Source of the DNA: Nemertoderma westbladi
Lineage: Eukaryota > Animalia > Xenacoelomorpha
Assembly: GCA_032718475.1 (NCBI GenBank)
Contig: JAUCBJ010008930.1
Location: 1-64,000, forward strand
Reading direction: 5' to 3'
Length of the DNA: 64,000 bases
The notes below the pieces were generated by a model, which searched no databases, was not told where the DNA came from, and saw nothing but the letters and a program-made list of their open reading frames with translations. Position 1 is the first letter of the stretch. Each line of letters starts with the position of its first letter. Shown piece by piece: positions 1-12,400 of the stretch. Position numbers and translations under genes: made by a program.

Positions 1-55
1 TTACTCTGATAACCTACAGGAGCTTATCAACCAACAGGTTGATGCCATCAATGAT

Positions 56-941
56 TGTGACGGGATCCGAGTTGGCAAAAGGATCCCGACCGGTATTTGT
101 GTCGTGGTAATACGCGTCACCACGTCCGCCCAGTGCGATGGAATAAACTGAAGGCCGAAGGCCGTTTAAATAACAGAGTTTAATTGTTGTTATTAATGAT
201 CTCTGATATATGAGTACTGGTATAATACAGCACAATCAGTATAGCACAATATAGGCACTAACAACGACTATTTAAACCATTTGACTTCTACACTGATTAA
301 TAGCCAATTGAATATAATTAACATGGAGTAACGGTTATATAGTTATGGCTTAGAAGGTTGCATGTCTACCTACTCGACCTACCAATAGACGCACGCTAAT
401 TGATGGTGTGCCGCCCCACCATTGGTTGGTTTACCAACTGGCCACTCCATATCTTCAGTGGCCCTGTGCTGGCTTCCCCCTGAGATATATTGGTATCTAC
501 CTCCAACTGACACTATATTGCCCCGTTCCCTTCTGGTATGCATCGCATACCATCAATTAGCGCGCGTCTATTGGTAGGTCGAGTAGGTAGACATGCAACC
601 TTCTAAGCCATAACTATATAACCGTTACTCCATGTTAATTATATTCAATTGGCTATTAATCAGTGTAGAAGTCAAATGGTTTAAACAGTCGTCGTTAGTG
701 CCTATATTGTGCTATACTGATTGTGCTGTATTATACCAGTACTCATATATCAGAGATCATTAATAACAACAAAACAAACTCTGTTATTTAAACGGCCTTC
801 GGCCTTCAGTTTATTGCAATGCAATATTGTCAAACACAATATCGGATATTGTGTTTGACAATATTGCATACTTGAACATAATTCGTAAATTCGATTTCCC
901 ATTTTCTCGCTGGGTGGTGCAGTGGATTGGATCCACTAACA
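56..941 (-). mobile_element. Solo LTR (BEL/Pao-related, similar to the LTRs at 40916/50045) with internal inverted duplication
   Basis: TG...CA termini (tgtgacgggatcc...ccactaaca) and exact 5-bp TSD ATGAT (51-55, 942-946). Ends resemble the reverse complement of the 40916-41444 LTR (tgtgacgggatcc..ggatcccga..ccggtattt..acgcgtc; ttggat..ctaaca). Confidence 0.8.
142..815. repeat. Long inverted repeat (arms ~142-410 and ~547-815, spacer ~135 bp)
   Basis: aataaactgaaggccgaaggccgtttaaataacagag... is mirrored by ...ctctgttatttaaacggccttcggccttcagtttatt, with few mismatches across ~270 bp. Confidence 0.95.
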
Positions 942-1981
942 ATGATGCTGATGACAGCATGCATTCATCACAAGTATGGAAATCGATCAACTTGCTAACT
1001 AAGAGGAAAGGTCAACCAACCCCCAAAGTTAAGGTAGAATCACCAGCCGATCACCTCAATGGTTGGGTATGGAAGGCAGAATTGAAAAGCTCATAAATAA
1101 TTACATGTGATATTTTGGAATGAAAGGTGTATGAGTAATGTTCTTCCAGATATACCCATTTGTGACTTCTCCTTTGCTAAAAGTCGAAGGCTACCTGGAT
1201 TATGACCAATCGTAATTTTTGCCAGTTCACAAGAAGGGTAAACTAACATTCTTCAGATCCTTTCATAGAATTTCCTCGATCTCAAATGATGCAAAGCTAT
1301 ACACTAGAATTTAATTAAACCACACCAGGGATCACATTGAGAGACTGCTCCGTGGAAATCAGAATGGGTTCTTTAAAGGTCGTGGGACCATGGACCCCCA
1401 TTCTGGCTCTTAGAAGGATAATTGAAGAGTTGCCAAAATAAAGTTTGTTGAAATCTTTAAGACCTTCGGTTCAGTCTCTTAGTGTTCAGCATACTTGCAT
1501 TATATGGGATTCGTGAGGAAATTATTGCAGCAATTAGATCACTCTATACAGTGATTTGTCGACATTTGTGTCTACAGCAGATGTTGTCACAGATCCATTC
1601 GAAATTTTATTCTAAACATTGTAACCAGTATGGTAACACATCCTACTGGGTGCTCCAGAAGTAGGGAAATCAGCTAGGGATTTGTAGAGGTGCAATTTTG
1701 TTGATAAGCCGGCACAGCAATCTCAATGAATCTGCAATGCAGAAAGCCAATTATTGATAGATAACAAAAACCATTCCTTGGAATTTGGTTGCGTGATATT
1801 GGAGGTATATTTATTTAGAATTTCTACCAAATGATACAGAGATAATTGTTTACAATATGGAAAGCATAAATATACCACGATCGATCAGAATGAAACTATA
1901 TGAAATGATATTGTAAGTTTATATTCGAAAAATATAATAAATATTTGTTCTAGTTGTTCTACTTATATTATTATTTATTAG

Positions 1982-2291
1982 TTAATTAGCTTTGCGATTT
2001 TCGTTTTTGACCAATGGTGTCTTTTCGCCGACATGAGATACAGATTGATTTTGTTTCTTTAGTTGCATTCGTTTTATTCGATTCTTATTGAGTTGGTCAA
2101 TATTAGCGGATGCAAAGCAATCACAAAGGACATTGAGTGCAGTGCTGAACCTATCGAGCAACCAATCCAGGGCTATTAGTAATCCAACGTCCTCCAAAGG
2201 CAACCCAGCGGCAGGGAATATGATGAAGAACATCGCAGTCATTGCATTGGGAACTCCAGGTGCTCCCATTGATCCAATAGTAGCAGTGAGG
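1982..2291 (-). CDS. SLC1 (dicarboxylate/amino acid:cation symporter, EAAT/ASCT-like) last coding exon: HP2, TM8, C-terminus
   Basis: LTATIGSMGAPGVP..GLPLEDVGLLIALDWLLDRFSTALNVLCDCF. Acceptor ttctcacag ends at 2292; phase 2 matches the upstream exon; TAA stop at 1982-1984. Confidence 0.92.
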
Positions 2292-4199
2292 CTGTGAGAA
2301 AACATTAGAGCAAGAATTGGTTAGGCTACCTTATGAACTTTATTTCCGATTCTAGCAATACCAAAACCAAATAAATTTTCAAGAAAAGATCAACTTTCAG
2401 GTTACTCTAGCCAATACCGAATGACATAGTATTCCAATTAGTTTACAGATGTTTCAACGTTCATGGTGATTATGATATCTGTCTATCTACGATTCTCAAT
2501 TATATATAATATTCGAATATTCTGACAAAAAATATCAAAATTTGTAACACATGGACTTGCATCATTTATGCCACATTACAAAATATTTGTTCTTATTGCT
2601 AACTAACTAGTTTAATGATACATTTCGTATTCATTGAAAATTAAAAAAATATAATTCTTAATCTAGAAAACAAGTAGACTAGTCACTAGTTATTAACATT
2701 TTTATTCTAAAATTAAAAAAAATAGAATCACTTTAGAGATACTTTTTATTGGAAACGAGCACAACAATAAAACAGGCAACAGCTAGAATTATGTAACCAA
2801 TAAGTTGTTATTTGTAATTAAATCGAAATTCAAATTAAATTTAAAATTAAATTCATTACTGTAAAAGAATACGACAAAATTTTTCATGGTTGTTTTACGG
2901 TTAGCTAAGTATTATAGTATTGGTATTATCCTTAATATCTTTAATTACTCTGTTTACTTAAAAAATTTAATTTTTCCGTTAATTAAATTTTCCCGTAAGT
3001 ACTATTACGTTGATTGTTAATTAGCAACAGTTAAAAAAATAAAAACATGGTACTAAATAAATAAAGATGCGGGAAATCCCTATCTGTTGTTTGTCTCTGG
3101 AACCAAATATCAAGGTTTCAATGGACAACACGATTGTTGGTTCACCCTGTCCTCTGGTGAGCGGAAAAGAATCCTGGTTTGGCGCAGTGGAAGGGTTATT
3201 ATCCCGTTACGTTCGACCCCATCGCCACTTGCAGTGATACCACGACCCCATCTATCTCGTTTCAAGCTGCAGTATGGATATGAAAGACCCCCAGTCACTG
3301 CTTCGGTATCTGGCAATCTGGACCCACCATATATTATGTCGGGTTCTAAGTGTGTGTTGAGACCCCGATGTGAAGTGTCTCAACATATAGTGAGTGTAAT
3401 ATGAACTGCGATGTGAACTTGCGGGTAACCGGTCCATTAGGTAGCAGGTGCCATGGCACCCACAATACTTTCAGCCAGCCATCCCCCCAAATTAGTCATC
3501 CGCCATCATATTGGATTAGTCAGTGTGGTGCTTCTCCCAGGTATCAGTTCAGTCTGAGGTTCTTCTGTCAGTTTACTTATCATTAACTTACCAATACCCA
3601 CAAACATATTAGATGATTCTTCAGTACACCGATTGATGGAATGACTAATTGACTAATGGTGCTAAACTAATCCAAAGACCCTAGCGTGTCTGAGTCCGTA
3701 TGATGGCATAAAATATGGTGCCAGGTGACGGATATTGTACCATCACTCAACATTATTGGTGTGCAGCTGTTCGACACTTTGTGTCAGCTCTGTCCAGTGA
3801 GGTTGAAAAATTGGCATCAGATGTAACAACCTGTTTTAATGTTTGAGTCCCTTATGCTAGGAGATAGATATTAGTGAACGGTTCTGATATCCATCGACTA
3901 TTACCGCGTAAAATTTATGAGTGAATTTTAGCGTTGTAAGCGTACAAACCTAACAAAAATAGCCTCCGACACACGAGAGATAACATTTACCAAACGAAGA
4001 ATCAACGATGAGTCAGATCAGATGTTCGCTGGGTTACAGAGAGATGTGTGGGAGCAGTATTGGACCCCCAATCCAAGATTGAAGTCAAGGGTGAAGTTAA
4101 CAGGTGTTAGATGACTTTAATGTAAAACAAGTGCCCCGGGGGGGGGGGGGGTGGTTCACTTAATATGGGGGGGGGGGGGGGGGGGTGGGGGTCACATAG

Positions 4200-4530
4200 A
4201 CGGGTTATGTGCAAAAACACCGTGGGGTCGTGCAACTGTGTAGTGGATTGACTATTGGAATTGAGTCGGCTATACATGTTATTAGTGACCTCTGGGATGA
4301 AGATTCTAACCAGGGTTTATTAGTTGATGCGAAGAAATCCAGTTCCATCAATAGAATCACTGCATTGTGGAACATTCAGATTTTTTGGCCATGATGTGTG
4401 CGATTCGTGTTTGATAGATACTGAGGAAACACAATTGTGGTTCTACCTACATGCGACTTGCGGTACTCACCATTTACTCAGTAGGGAGGGAAGGGATCAC
4501 CCAGAGAGATCCATTGTTGATGCTTAATGC
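4200..4530 (+). mobile_element. Degenerate CRE-like non-LTR retrotransposon RT fragment
   Basis: VQLCSGLTIGIESAIHVISDLWDEDSNQGLLVDA..INRITALWNIQIFWP and LLSREG resemble CRE/SLACS-type RT motifs; frameshifted. Confidence 0.55.
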
Positions 4531-4734
4531 TGGGATATGCTGTTGCTGTTTACACTCTCATCTTAGAACTCAAAACTAGTGATCTATGGCTGTGGGCAAT
4601 AGATCCGGCCACCTTAGGTCCTATCTTTTAGGCAATAATATGGAATAATTTATTCTATTATCAAATAAGTAATTATTAAAAAAAAACAGAAAAGAAAGCT
4701 TCAAGATATTAAACACTATGTTACTTGTACTTAC

Positions 4735-4969
4735 CCTATTATAATAATTCTTTCTGGAGACAAGGGAATTCCTTCGAATTGTGCTACAAATAGAGATGCA
4801 ATTGTTCCATATATTGCAGCACCATCCATACCAATGGTACTACCTATTGGCACAACTACTTTATATATTTCTGGATCAACTTGTTCCTCACCAATACATT
4901 TCAATGTGACTGGCATTGCAGCTAGACTGCTGGCTGTTCCAAATGCAGTTAACATTGCTTCTACCATTC
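4735..4969 (-). CDS. SLC1 transporter internal exon (HP1, TM7)
   Basis: MVEAMLTAFGTASSLAAMPVTLKC..VPIGSTIGMDGAAIYGTIASLFVAQ. Acceptor gatttcag ends at 4970, donor gtaagt at 4734; 235 bp, phases 1/2 consistent with neighbouring exons. Confidence 0.92.
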
Positions 4970-5229
4970 CTGAAATCAAACCAGAGCAAACTGATAAAAA
5001 AGGTTTATTGTTTACCGTTAATTTTTAGTAAGATTAGTATTTTGAGTATGAAATGAAGTAATATTAAATGTATTGAGTATTACTATTTGTATTTTTAGTA
5101 CTTTGTACTGTGAACTATGTGTACTATAAGTGAACTGTGTGGACTCTTTGTGCGCCAGTCTCTTAAAAAACATCCATCTCAACAGTTAGGGTAAAAACGG
5201 AACGAAATGTATAAATTGTCCATGGTACT

Positions 5230-5780
5230 TTAAATACGTAAGCTTGAGCATGTAGTGCAACAAACTAATATATTTCGATTGGAGAAACCTGTTTGTTCCT
5301 CCATAGTCAGTTCATCATTGGTAGCGGCTTCAATTTCTCTTATGGTTTTACCATAGTCTATAGATGGGTACATGCCCATGACCTCTACGGATATGCCTCC
5401 ATTGTCACTACCATACCGTCTTTGAATCAATCACATTGTGGCCCAGTCCATCTTCGGTAACAAAGGTTGGATAACTGAATTCAAGAGTTGCGCTGGATAA
5501 ATCATCACTAATCTCGCTAATCATACCGGTTGCTGAGATAATCAGTGTCGCCTTTGGTCCCTGAATAATATATTGTTCCCCCAGTCCACCCATGCATTAT
5601 CTTATTCGTGGTCTTTTAACAGCTGGTATGTATAGCGTACAAACTGGTGGTTAGTTATTATATATGGTCTCAGCAACTCATCCTGCAGTTCTAACCATTT
5701 AACTGTCCTCTTCAATTCCACAGTGAATTTATTAGTTGGGTCGCCCTCAGCAGTGAATTTCTAATATGAGGTCGATTACT
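5230..5780 (-). mobile_element. Possible decayed Penelope-like RT fragment
   Basis: SVEVMGMYPSID resembles the PLE motif SxDVxxLYPSI, with a GDPT-like stretch near 5740; heavily degraded. Confidence 0.35.
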
Positions 5781-6715
5781 ATAAAGTAATGGACTGTAAT
5801 GTGGAATTTTATCCGGCAGAGCAAATAAGGAAATATTCGGATTACATACACCAGCATTTTATTGTAGGGTTATAAATTGTACTAATCAATTAAATTTTAT
5901 TTAATACCGGTTTAGCACACCATAACACAGAAGTATGCATGCAAAGTACAAAAGTAACAGTCAGAACAGAACCGGACCGCTATGGTACAATCCTAGCAAA
6001 TATAAGATCCTAATCAAAAGACAGTTTTGAATTTCCCACCCACCTAGAGTATGGAACAGTATTGAATCCTACACTTTCAACAAGTAACTTACTTGCCAAT
6101 ATAGATATCAGTATGTGTGTCGATTTCATTGCTATTCCCGGTTTTAGTGGGACTGACAAACTTTGACCCCAAACTTAAAACGTTCAGTTGGTTATCCTTT
6201 AAACTCACTGATGATAAGGTTTGTCACATTATCAAGCACATTTATAGTTGGATCACTTACAATAGCTGGTACTAGTGATATTTGTAGTGACCTAGCCCAT
6301 ACTGCCCACCCCGGTACTGCCTTCCACTCCCATTCTACCTTACATGCTTTCAAAGCTTCTAGATGAAGATTCCAGATCTGTTGGCAGTCTATGTGTTCTT
6401 TGGTACCAATCATATCACACCATTTAATTATATATAATAATGTACTGAAACTGCCGTTTGAGCCTATGGTACCAAAAGGGCAGGATCAGGATCTTATTAT
6501 AGGAACAGTAATTGTTTAAAGAGGATGGGAAGTAAAAAAAAATGTGGCAAGGTGACCTTTGGTAGATGCTATGGATCCTGACTGTTCTTTAAATACAGAC
6601 ATAGACAAGTCATAAAAAGACATTAATTTACAGAAAAAAGCTATTATTGTGCGAAACGGTTCCACTCAAAGAAAGGTTGGAATGAAGGGCTGAAATAATG
6701 ACAAATAATAAGAAA

Positions 6716-9700
6716 GTACTACTACTACTAGGTCGAGCAAACTCGGACAGTGGAAATGAGATCCTTCCAGGTTTCCCGATTCTCCATAGTTGTCGCAATT
6801 TCGTTTCTCCCAAGTTCAGTATCCTTTTCAAGTTGATCTATATATGTTATGGCTGGTCGTCCATGACTATGCTTTCAATGAGTTGGTTGCCAGATAAGTA
6901 GATCTGGTATGACCTCGTCTTTACTTCGCCAGCAATGTCCACTGAATCTTAATCTGCGTTCATGGAAGGTGGTTGATACGGGTGGTATTGTACCATAAAG
7001 CTTGGCGTTTGTCATGTGTTGTCTCCAGCTGATGTTTACAGCTGCCCTTAGTAGTCTTGTGTAGCAACCATTAATTCGTTGTTCAAGTGAGTTAGTCAGT
7101 GTCCAGGTCTCACCCCCATATAGAAATACACTTTCCACTGCGGCTTGAAAGAACTTAGTCTTCAGGTGCCTGGAGAGATCTGATTGCCAGATGGTATCCG
7201 TTTTTGATAGCTACCCAAACCTTCGCTTTCCTAACTTCTATGTCCTTTTTGCTACTCTCTATCCATGATCCTAGGTACTGGAAGTCGTCGACCTTCCTTA
7301 GTTGATTATTATCAATGGTTGTCAAGTTTCTATCAACATTAAAGGTCATGAATTCGGTCTTTGTAGCATTTATATGCAATCCAACCTCCTTAGCAGCCCT
7401 CTCCACATTATTTAGTAGAAGCTGTGCATCTGCTAGTGTATTAGAGAGCAGGGTGATGTCTACCGCAAAGTCGGTGTCTGTGACTGTAGTTGCTGGATAT
7501 CTACTACTTCTGCGTTCTTGAAGTGTGAATCCCAGATCTTCACCCTTTATGGCCGTCCTCTTTGCGTAATCCAGCACAATTACAAATAGTAATGGTGCTA
7601 ATGTGTCACCTTGCAGTACGCCAGACAGGATTGAGAAAACCTCAGTTTCACCATCTGGTGAGAAAAACTCAGTTTCACCATCTAGTGAGAGTACCTGCGC
7701 TTCTGTGTCACAATATAACAATCCAATGCCAGCAACAATTACTTCTGGAATTCCATAATCTCTTAGGATTTCAAGCATTTTACCTCAATGGATGGAGTCG
7801 AATGCCTTCTTGAAGTCCACAAAAGTCATGACTGCGGTTCATCATTCTTTGATTTAATTCCTTCAATCAGTCTGCGTATTGCAAGTATCTGAGCTATTGT
7901 TGATCTATTTGGTCAAAATCCGTTTTGGCTCTTACTCAGTAGTTTCTCTATGTGAGGCCTAATCCTATATAGAATCATTTTATTGTATATTTTGGCAGCT
8001 ACCACAAGCAGACAGATCCCACGATAGTTTGTTGGTATACCGAGTTCTCCTTTCTTGGGGAGAGGCTTTAGTTGACATTTAGTCCAAATTGGTGGTGGCT
8101 TTTTCCCTTTTTACATCCGGTTGCAAACATTCAATAATGGTCTGTATAGCACTCCTGTTTTCCATTCCTCCACTGGGATTTCATCTAATCCACTCGCTTT
8201 ATTATAGGACATGCTTTTAATGCTTCTTTGGAGTTCGGCAGGTGTGAAGTCCCCTGTTTCTATAGGTAGTGTCTTGTCATATATTTTCCTTGTAGGGCTG
8301 ATCTCAATGTTTGGTGGCTGCCCAAGCAAGTTGCTGAAGTGATTTTTCCACTTCCCAACACGTTCTTCAGGACTATCGGCTTTGAGGCGCCCCTTTACAC
8401 CTTTCCATCCAGTTACCTCATTTACAGTTTACCAGGTAAGTCTTGATTGTTGCTGTATGTGAGCAGTTGTAATTGCTTCAATTTTATCCTGTATGTACTT
8501 TTCCTGGCTGATGTTGTAGGCCAATTTAAGATCGTCCTTAGCTTTCTCAACCTTGTTAATGTTTTCAGTTGTTCGGTTTTAACTTTGTAGGCTATCTTAA
8601 GATCTTCTCTCTTAAAAGTAACTTCAGAGTTTTGTCATGCCACATACTGTCTTCGTTTGGATTACTGTCTTTGTGGGATATGCATCTTAACTGATTCCTT
8701 GTGGGCTGTTATTGTATTCTGGTATATTGAATCAGTGGACTGGTCTTAATCCATTGACTGAAGTGCTTCAAAGCAGTTTTTAGCTTCTACTGTGTAAGCA
8801 TCCTTTACAGCATTGTCAGTTCTGAGTTTCTCCCAGTCTTAGTTGATTTGCTTGCTTGTCCTGGGTTTGCTGGCTCTCAAACTGAGTCTGATCTCTGCAG
8901 TCACAATTCTGTGGTCCAAACCAATTAGGTTGAACAAGCTGTATGCCTCGCAGTTGATCATGCTGTTTCTCCACTTTTTGTTTATAAGGATGTAATCCAG
9001 TTGTGCTTTGGTTCCATTAGGGTATTGAAAGGTCCATAGCATAGCTTCCCCTTACTCTTTTCGAATGTGTTGTTTGTTGGTATCAATTCACATTCTTCCA
9101 TTAGTTCTAAAAGTAAGTACCCATTTCTGTTAGAACTGGTGTTATAGGTGTAACCCTTGATGTCTTCTGGGCCAATTTGCGCATTCAGGTCACCAGCAAT
9201 GACTTTAACATTGTGTTTCGGAATGTCCTTTATAAGTCCAGTCAGATCTTCATAAAACTTGACTGCTTGTTCTGGCTCTGAGGCATTGGTTGGACTGTAG
9301 CAACATATAACTGTTGTCTTGGGATTCCCATCAAATGATGTGATCATAACCCTGGAATTTATAGATTCGATGTTGTTTAGGGTCTTAAGTGCAAATGGGC
9401 TTAGCAGAATTCCTACTCCACCAATTGATGCATTGGCCGAGTTTCTTACTGCTGAGCTTGTTACTAACATCCATCCAATTCCAATGTCATTGTACTTCAT
9501 GGCAATGTCTTCAAATACAAATCCGAAGTTCTTGGATGCAGATGATTCTGATGTTATATTCCATTTCCAGAGTGACCATGTCACCCTGTTTGCGATGTGC
9601 TTTCAGCGTGCATGCGTTCATTGTAGCAGTCTTTAGTGTCTTTTTACATTTCAACAGGTTGGTTCTTCTTTCTTCTCTGTCTTCTGTTCCAGTAGCCAAT

Positions 9701-10297
9701 TTATCGACCCCAGCCTGGTGGATCCACTGAGGGATGCGGTCCTTGTTGACCCGGGCGACCCGGAGGGTCCTCATACTCATATCTTTCAGTTGCGAGAGTA
9801 AACTGCCTGTGGTCGCAACTCCTACAAGCGTCTTCACAGTAGGTTGTCATTGGTTGATTTCCTTCCGCCGACTTTGTCAGCATGTCTAGCCATTGGTTGA
9901 TTACCTCCCTATCCATGATGGATTACCTATCCATGGCCTACAGCCCTGCTGCCGACTGTAGGGGTCCTTTTGTTATACCCTGAACCAAGTGTGCCTCATG
10001 GGTTAGGTTACCTAACACTGGCTGACTGGTAGAGGAGCATCCAGTATAGATAGAGCGGGGCGTGTATCATCTCTATTGCAGATGCGTACTCAAGCCTTTG
10101 CCTTCAATGGTGCCCTAGGCGCTATAGCCCTCAATGACTTATTTAGTTGCCAGGGCTAATACCAACCCATTCTTGATCAACTAAATAATTAATAGGCTAC
10201 TGGTGCTTATCGGGCCTGCCCTACTGGGCTGACAGCTACAGGTAGTACCACATTACTGCCATAGTGGTAGCAGGATCTGGGGACCTGACCTGACTTG
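6716..10297 (-). mobile_element. Near full-length RTE-clade LINE (APE endonuclease + RT), inactivated by stops and frameshifts
   Basis: EN motifs (ATMNACTL, CIQE, CYSPT, AGDLNA, QLDYIL, DHRIV) and RT motifs (GVLQGDTLAPLLF, FAVDI, FQYLGS, RLRFSGHCWR). (TAG)n 3' tail at ~6716-6731. Exact 53-bp TSD at 6663-6715 and 10298-10350. Confidence 0.92.
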
Positions 10298-10366
10298 CAC
10301 TCAAAGAAAGGTTGGAATGAAGGGCTGAAATAATGACAAATAATAAGAAACAACATGTTGAATATA

Positions 10367-11252
10367 CCAGGTGTACCACAATAATATGTACCAATTCCAA
10401 AACGGCTAAATCTTATAAGATGTGTTGTAATGCGTTTAAAGTAGAATTTTAAATTAGTCTTACATTCAACTTAAATCAAGTTATGATAGCTTTTACTCAC
10501 GATCTTAGTAATATTAGAATAGATGGGAAATTTAAACTGTCAAATTTATTATAAAGTCTAGAAATCTGTATGGCCACCATTTGATTTAACAACAGCCTCC
10601 AAGCGCTTAGGATATGAACGCAACGCAATATTGCTTGAAATAAGTCTACCAGGTTTTCCAATTCGCATAGAGCCAGAAGAAGTTTCTCATGGAGTATAGG
10701 CCGAGTTAGTGGTTGGAGATGCATAAGCTTCTCCACCCTGCTCTTTAGGATTAGACCAATATCTTCAGCACCGTTTAAATCAGGAAAAGTGGCAGGCCAT
10801 TCTTCATTTCCAAAGAAATCTAAACCATTTGTTCGTAAGAATCATTCATCCCAATGCATGGAAGTTGATTGGGCATCGATTGATAGCGCTCCTCCTCTGG
10901 AATGTTATCTAATGTATGAGCCCAAATCCGGTCGTTCTGTGAATTAGGCCTACACACATAATGTATGAGCCCAAATCCGGTCGTTCTGTGAATTAGGCCT
11001 ACACACATAATGTATGAGCCCAAATCCGGTCGTTCTGTGAATTAGGCCTACACACAGTCCACAAAAAAAATATCATCAGATGGAGCAAGATGAATAAATA
11101 TCATCTTAAGCCTCCAATCCTCTAAATAGACCGCAAACCAGTCGATCCTCGCGATTTCGTTCCATCTTCAATGGTTTTTTGATAACCTTAAATTTATTGA
11201 TGCCCTCCCTCTCTCATTGCCGATCATTGTTGAAATATTCTGGTACACCTGG
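10367..11252 (-). mobile_element. Internally deleted Tc1/mariner DNA transposon
   Basis: TIRs ccaggtgtaccacaata / tattctggtacacctgg with TA on the left. The minus strand encodes FGNEEWPATFPDLNGAEDIGLILKE (WPxxSPDLNPIE-like) and SYPKRLEAVVKSNGGHTDF* (Tc1 C-terminus). Confidence 0.8.
10910..11056. repeat. 49-bp tandem repeat x3 inside the Tc1 remnant
   Basis: Unit aatgtatgagcccaaatccggtcgttctgtgaattaggcctacacacat at 10911, 10960, 11009. Confidence 0.95.
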
Positions 11253-12122
11253 TCCGGTACATATTTAATTGAATAATGTATTTGAAAGTTTAAGATAACT
11301 TCTATTATTATAACTTTATATTAATTAAAAGAAGAATACTTTATTAGTACTAGTAATGTGACCTAATATTTCAGCTGTGGAACAACATACATAATGTAGA
11401 GTGTAGCTACTACCTACTACAATAGGAGTGAACCACGGACTACTGAAGCAGTAGTCCTTGGAGTGAACATAGAGTAACGTAATCAAAATGGGCATCAACA
11501 ACACTCAATCTATACTGACTAAAAGTTATACATTACTGAAAACCTTAGAATGGTAGATTTACTTGAAGCTCGCATAATGTTGTAAAAGTTAAAAAATATC
11601 GCTGTGGTTTTGTTGCAGGAGGAGAACTCTCATGTGCTTTTTTATATTGTAAATTCACATCGTGTAGGGAAAACTCAATATGATAAATTATAACTATTTT
11701 TGATAAGTGAAACATGCAATTCATTACTTAATTTGGTTATCACATTTTAATTGATTTAGCTTAATAAGCCATAGAGACTCTTTTAACTATTCAATTTTAA
11801 AATTACTTAATAATCTTGCTCCACCTCCGGGGACCACGTTATAGTCTCCTTCCACCCCAGACTTAGGCCCCCCAAAGTCACATCTAGGTAGCCTTAAGGA
11901 GACCGAATTATGCACAATTTAAACAATATTTTAAGTTAAATTATAAATAATAATAATCATCTCTTTTTGACTAAAACTGATGTAAAAAATAATGTAAAGT
12001 GTAGCTGTAGCTAAAATGCAAGTGTTGGTACTATAATATTGACAATATATATATATGTGTGTTATTTTATTTTTAATAATGAACTTTAAGAAATAGCAAA
12101 TTTTATAAAATAGAACTCAAAC

Positions 12123-12313
12123 CTTTTAAATATTTGTATGGATTTCTCCTTGTGAAAGCGAAGTATATTCCAGGAAGAACTATAAATGTATGTGTTATGA
12201 ATCCAGCAAAGACTGTCACCACATAGAAACTTAAATCATTGACTACAGCCTCAAGGTCATCAACTTCCAGTATCTTACCTGCTATCAGAAATACAATTCC
12301 AAATGGCATATAC
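12123..12313 (-). CDS. SLC1 transporter internal exon (end of TM5, TM6)
   Basis: YMPFGIVFLIAGKILEVDDL..YVVTVFAGFITHTFIVLPGIYFAFTRRNPYKYLK. Acceptor ttttcag ends at 12314, donor gt at 12122; 191 bp, phase 1 joins the 4969 exon. Confidence 0.92.
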
Positions 12314-12400
12314 CTGAAAATGAGAACAGTATTATTTATAATTATAGTTATATTGTGGTTGGTTACCAGCATAGCAGTTAGTACATATATTTACACCCAA

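Larger units (their letters stand above)
1..1560 (+). mobile_element. Degenerate RTE-clade LINE fragment (EN-RT linker and start of RT), interrupted at 56-941 by a solo LTR
   Basis: 1-55 and 942-1080 match the reverse complement of the RTE-like copy at ~57820-58000 (ctacaggagc..ccaacaggttgatgccatcaatg; ggaaatcgatcaacttgct). 1340-1560 has RT-like remnants (QNGF..GR, ILALRRIIEE, ILALYGIREEIIAAIRSLY). Frameshifted. Confidence 0.7.

Noticed and set aside
3087-3600. GC-richer island with several short ORFs, possible solo LTR
   Set aside because: No TG..CA/TSD pair or motif I could support.
6163-6413. Short ORFs as missing SLC1 exons
   Set aside because: The SLC1 exons at 12123 and 4969 already join in frame with continuous homology; no SLC1 similarity here.
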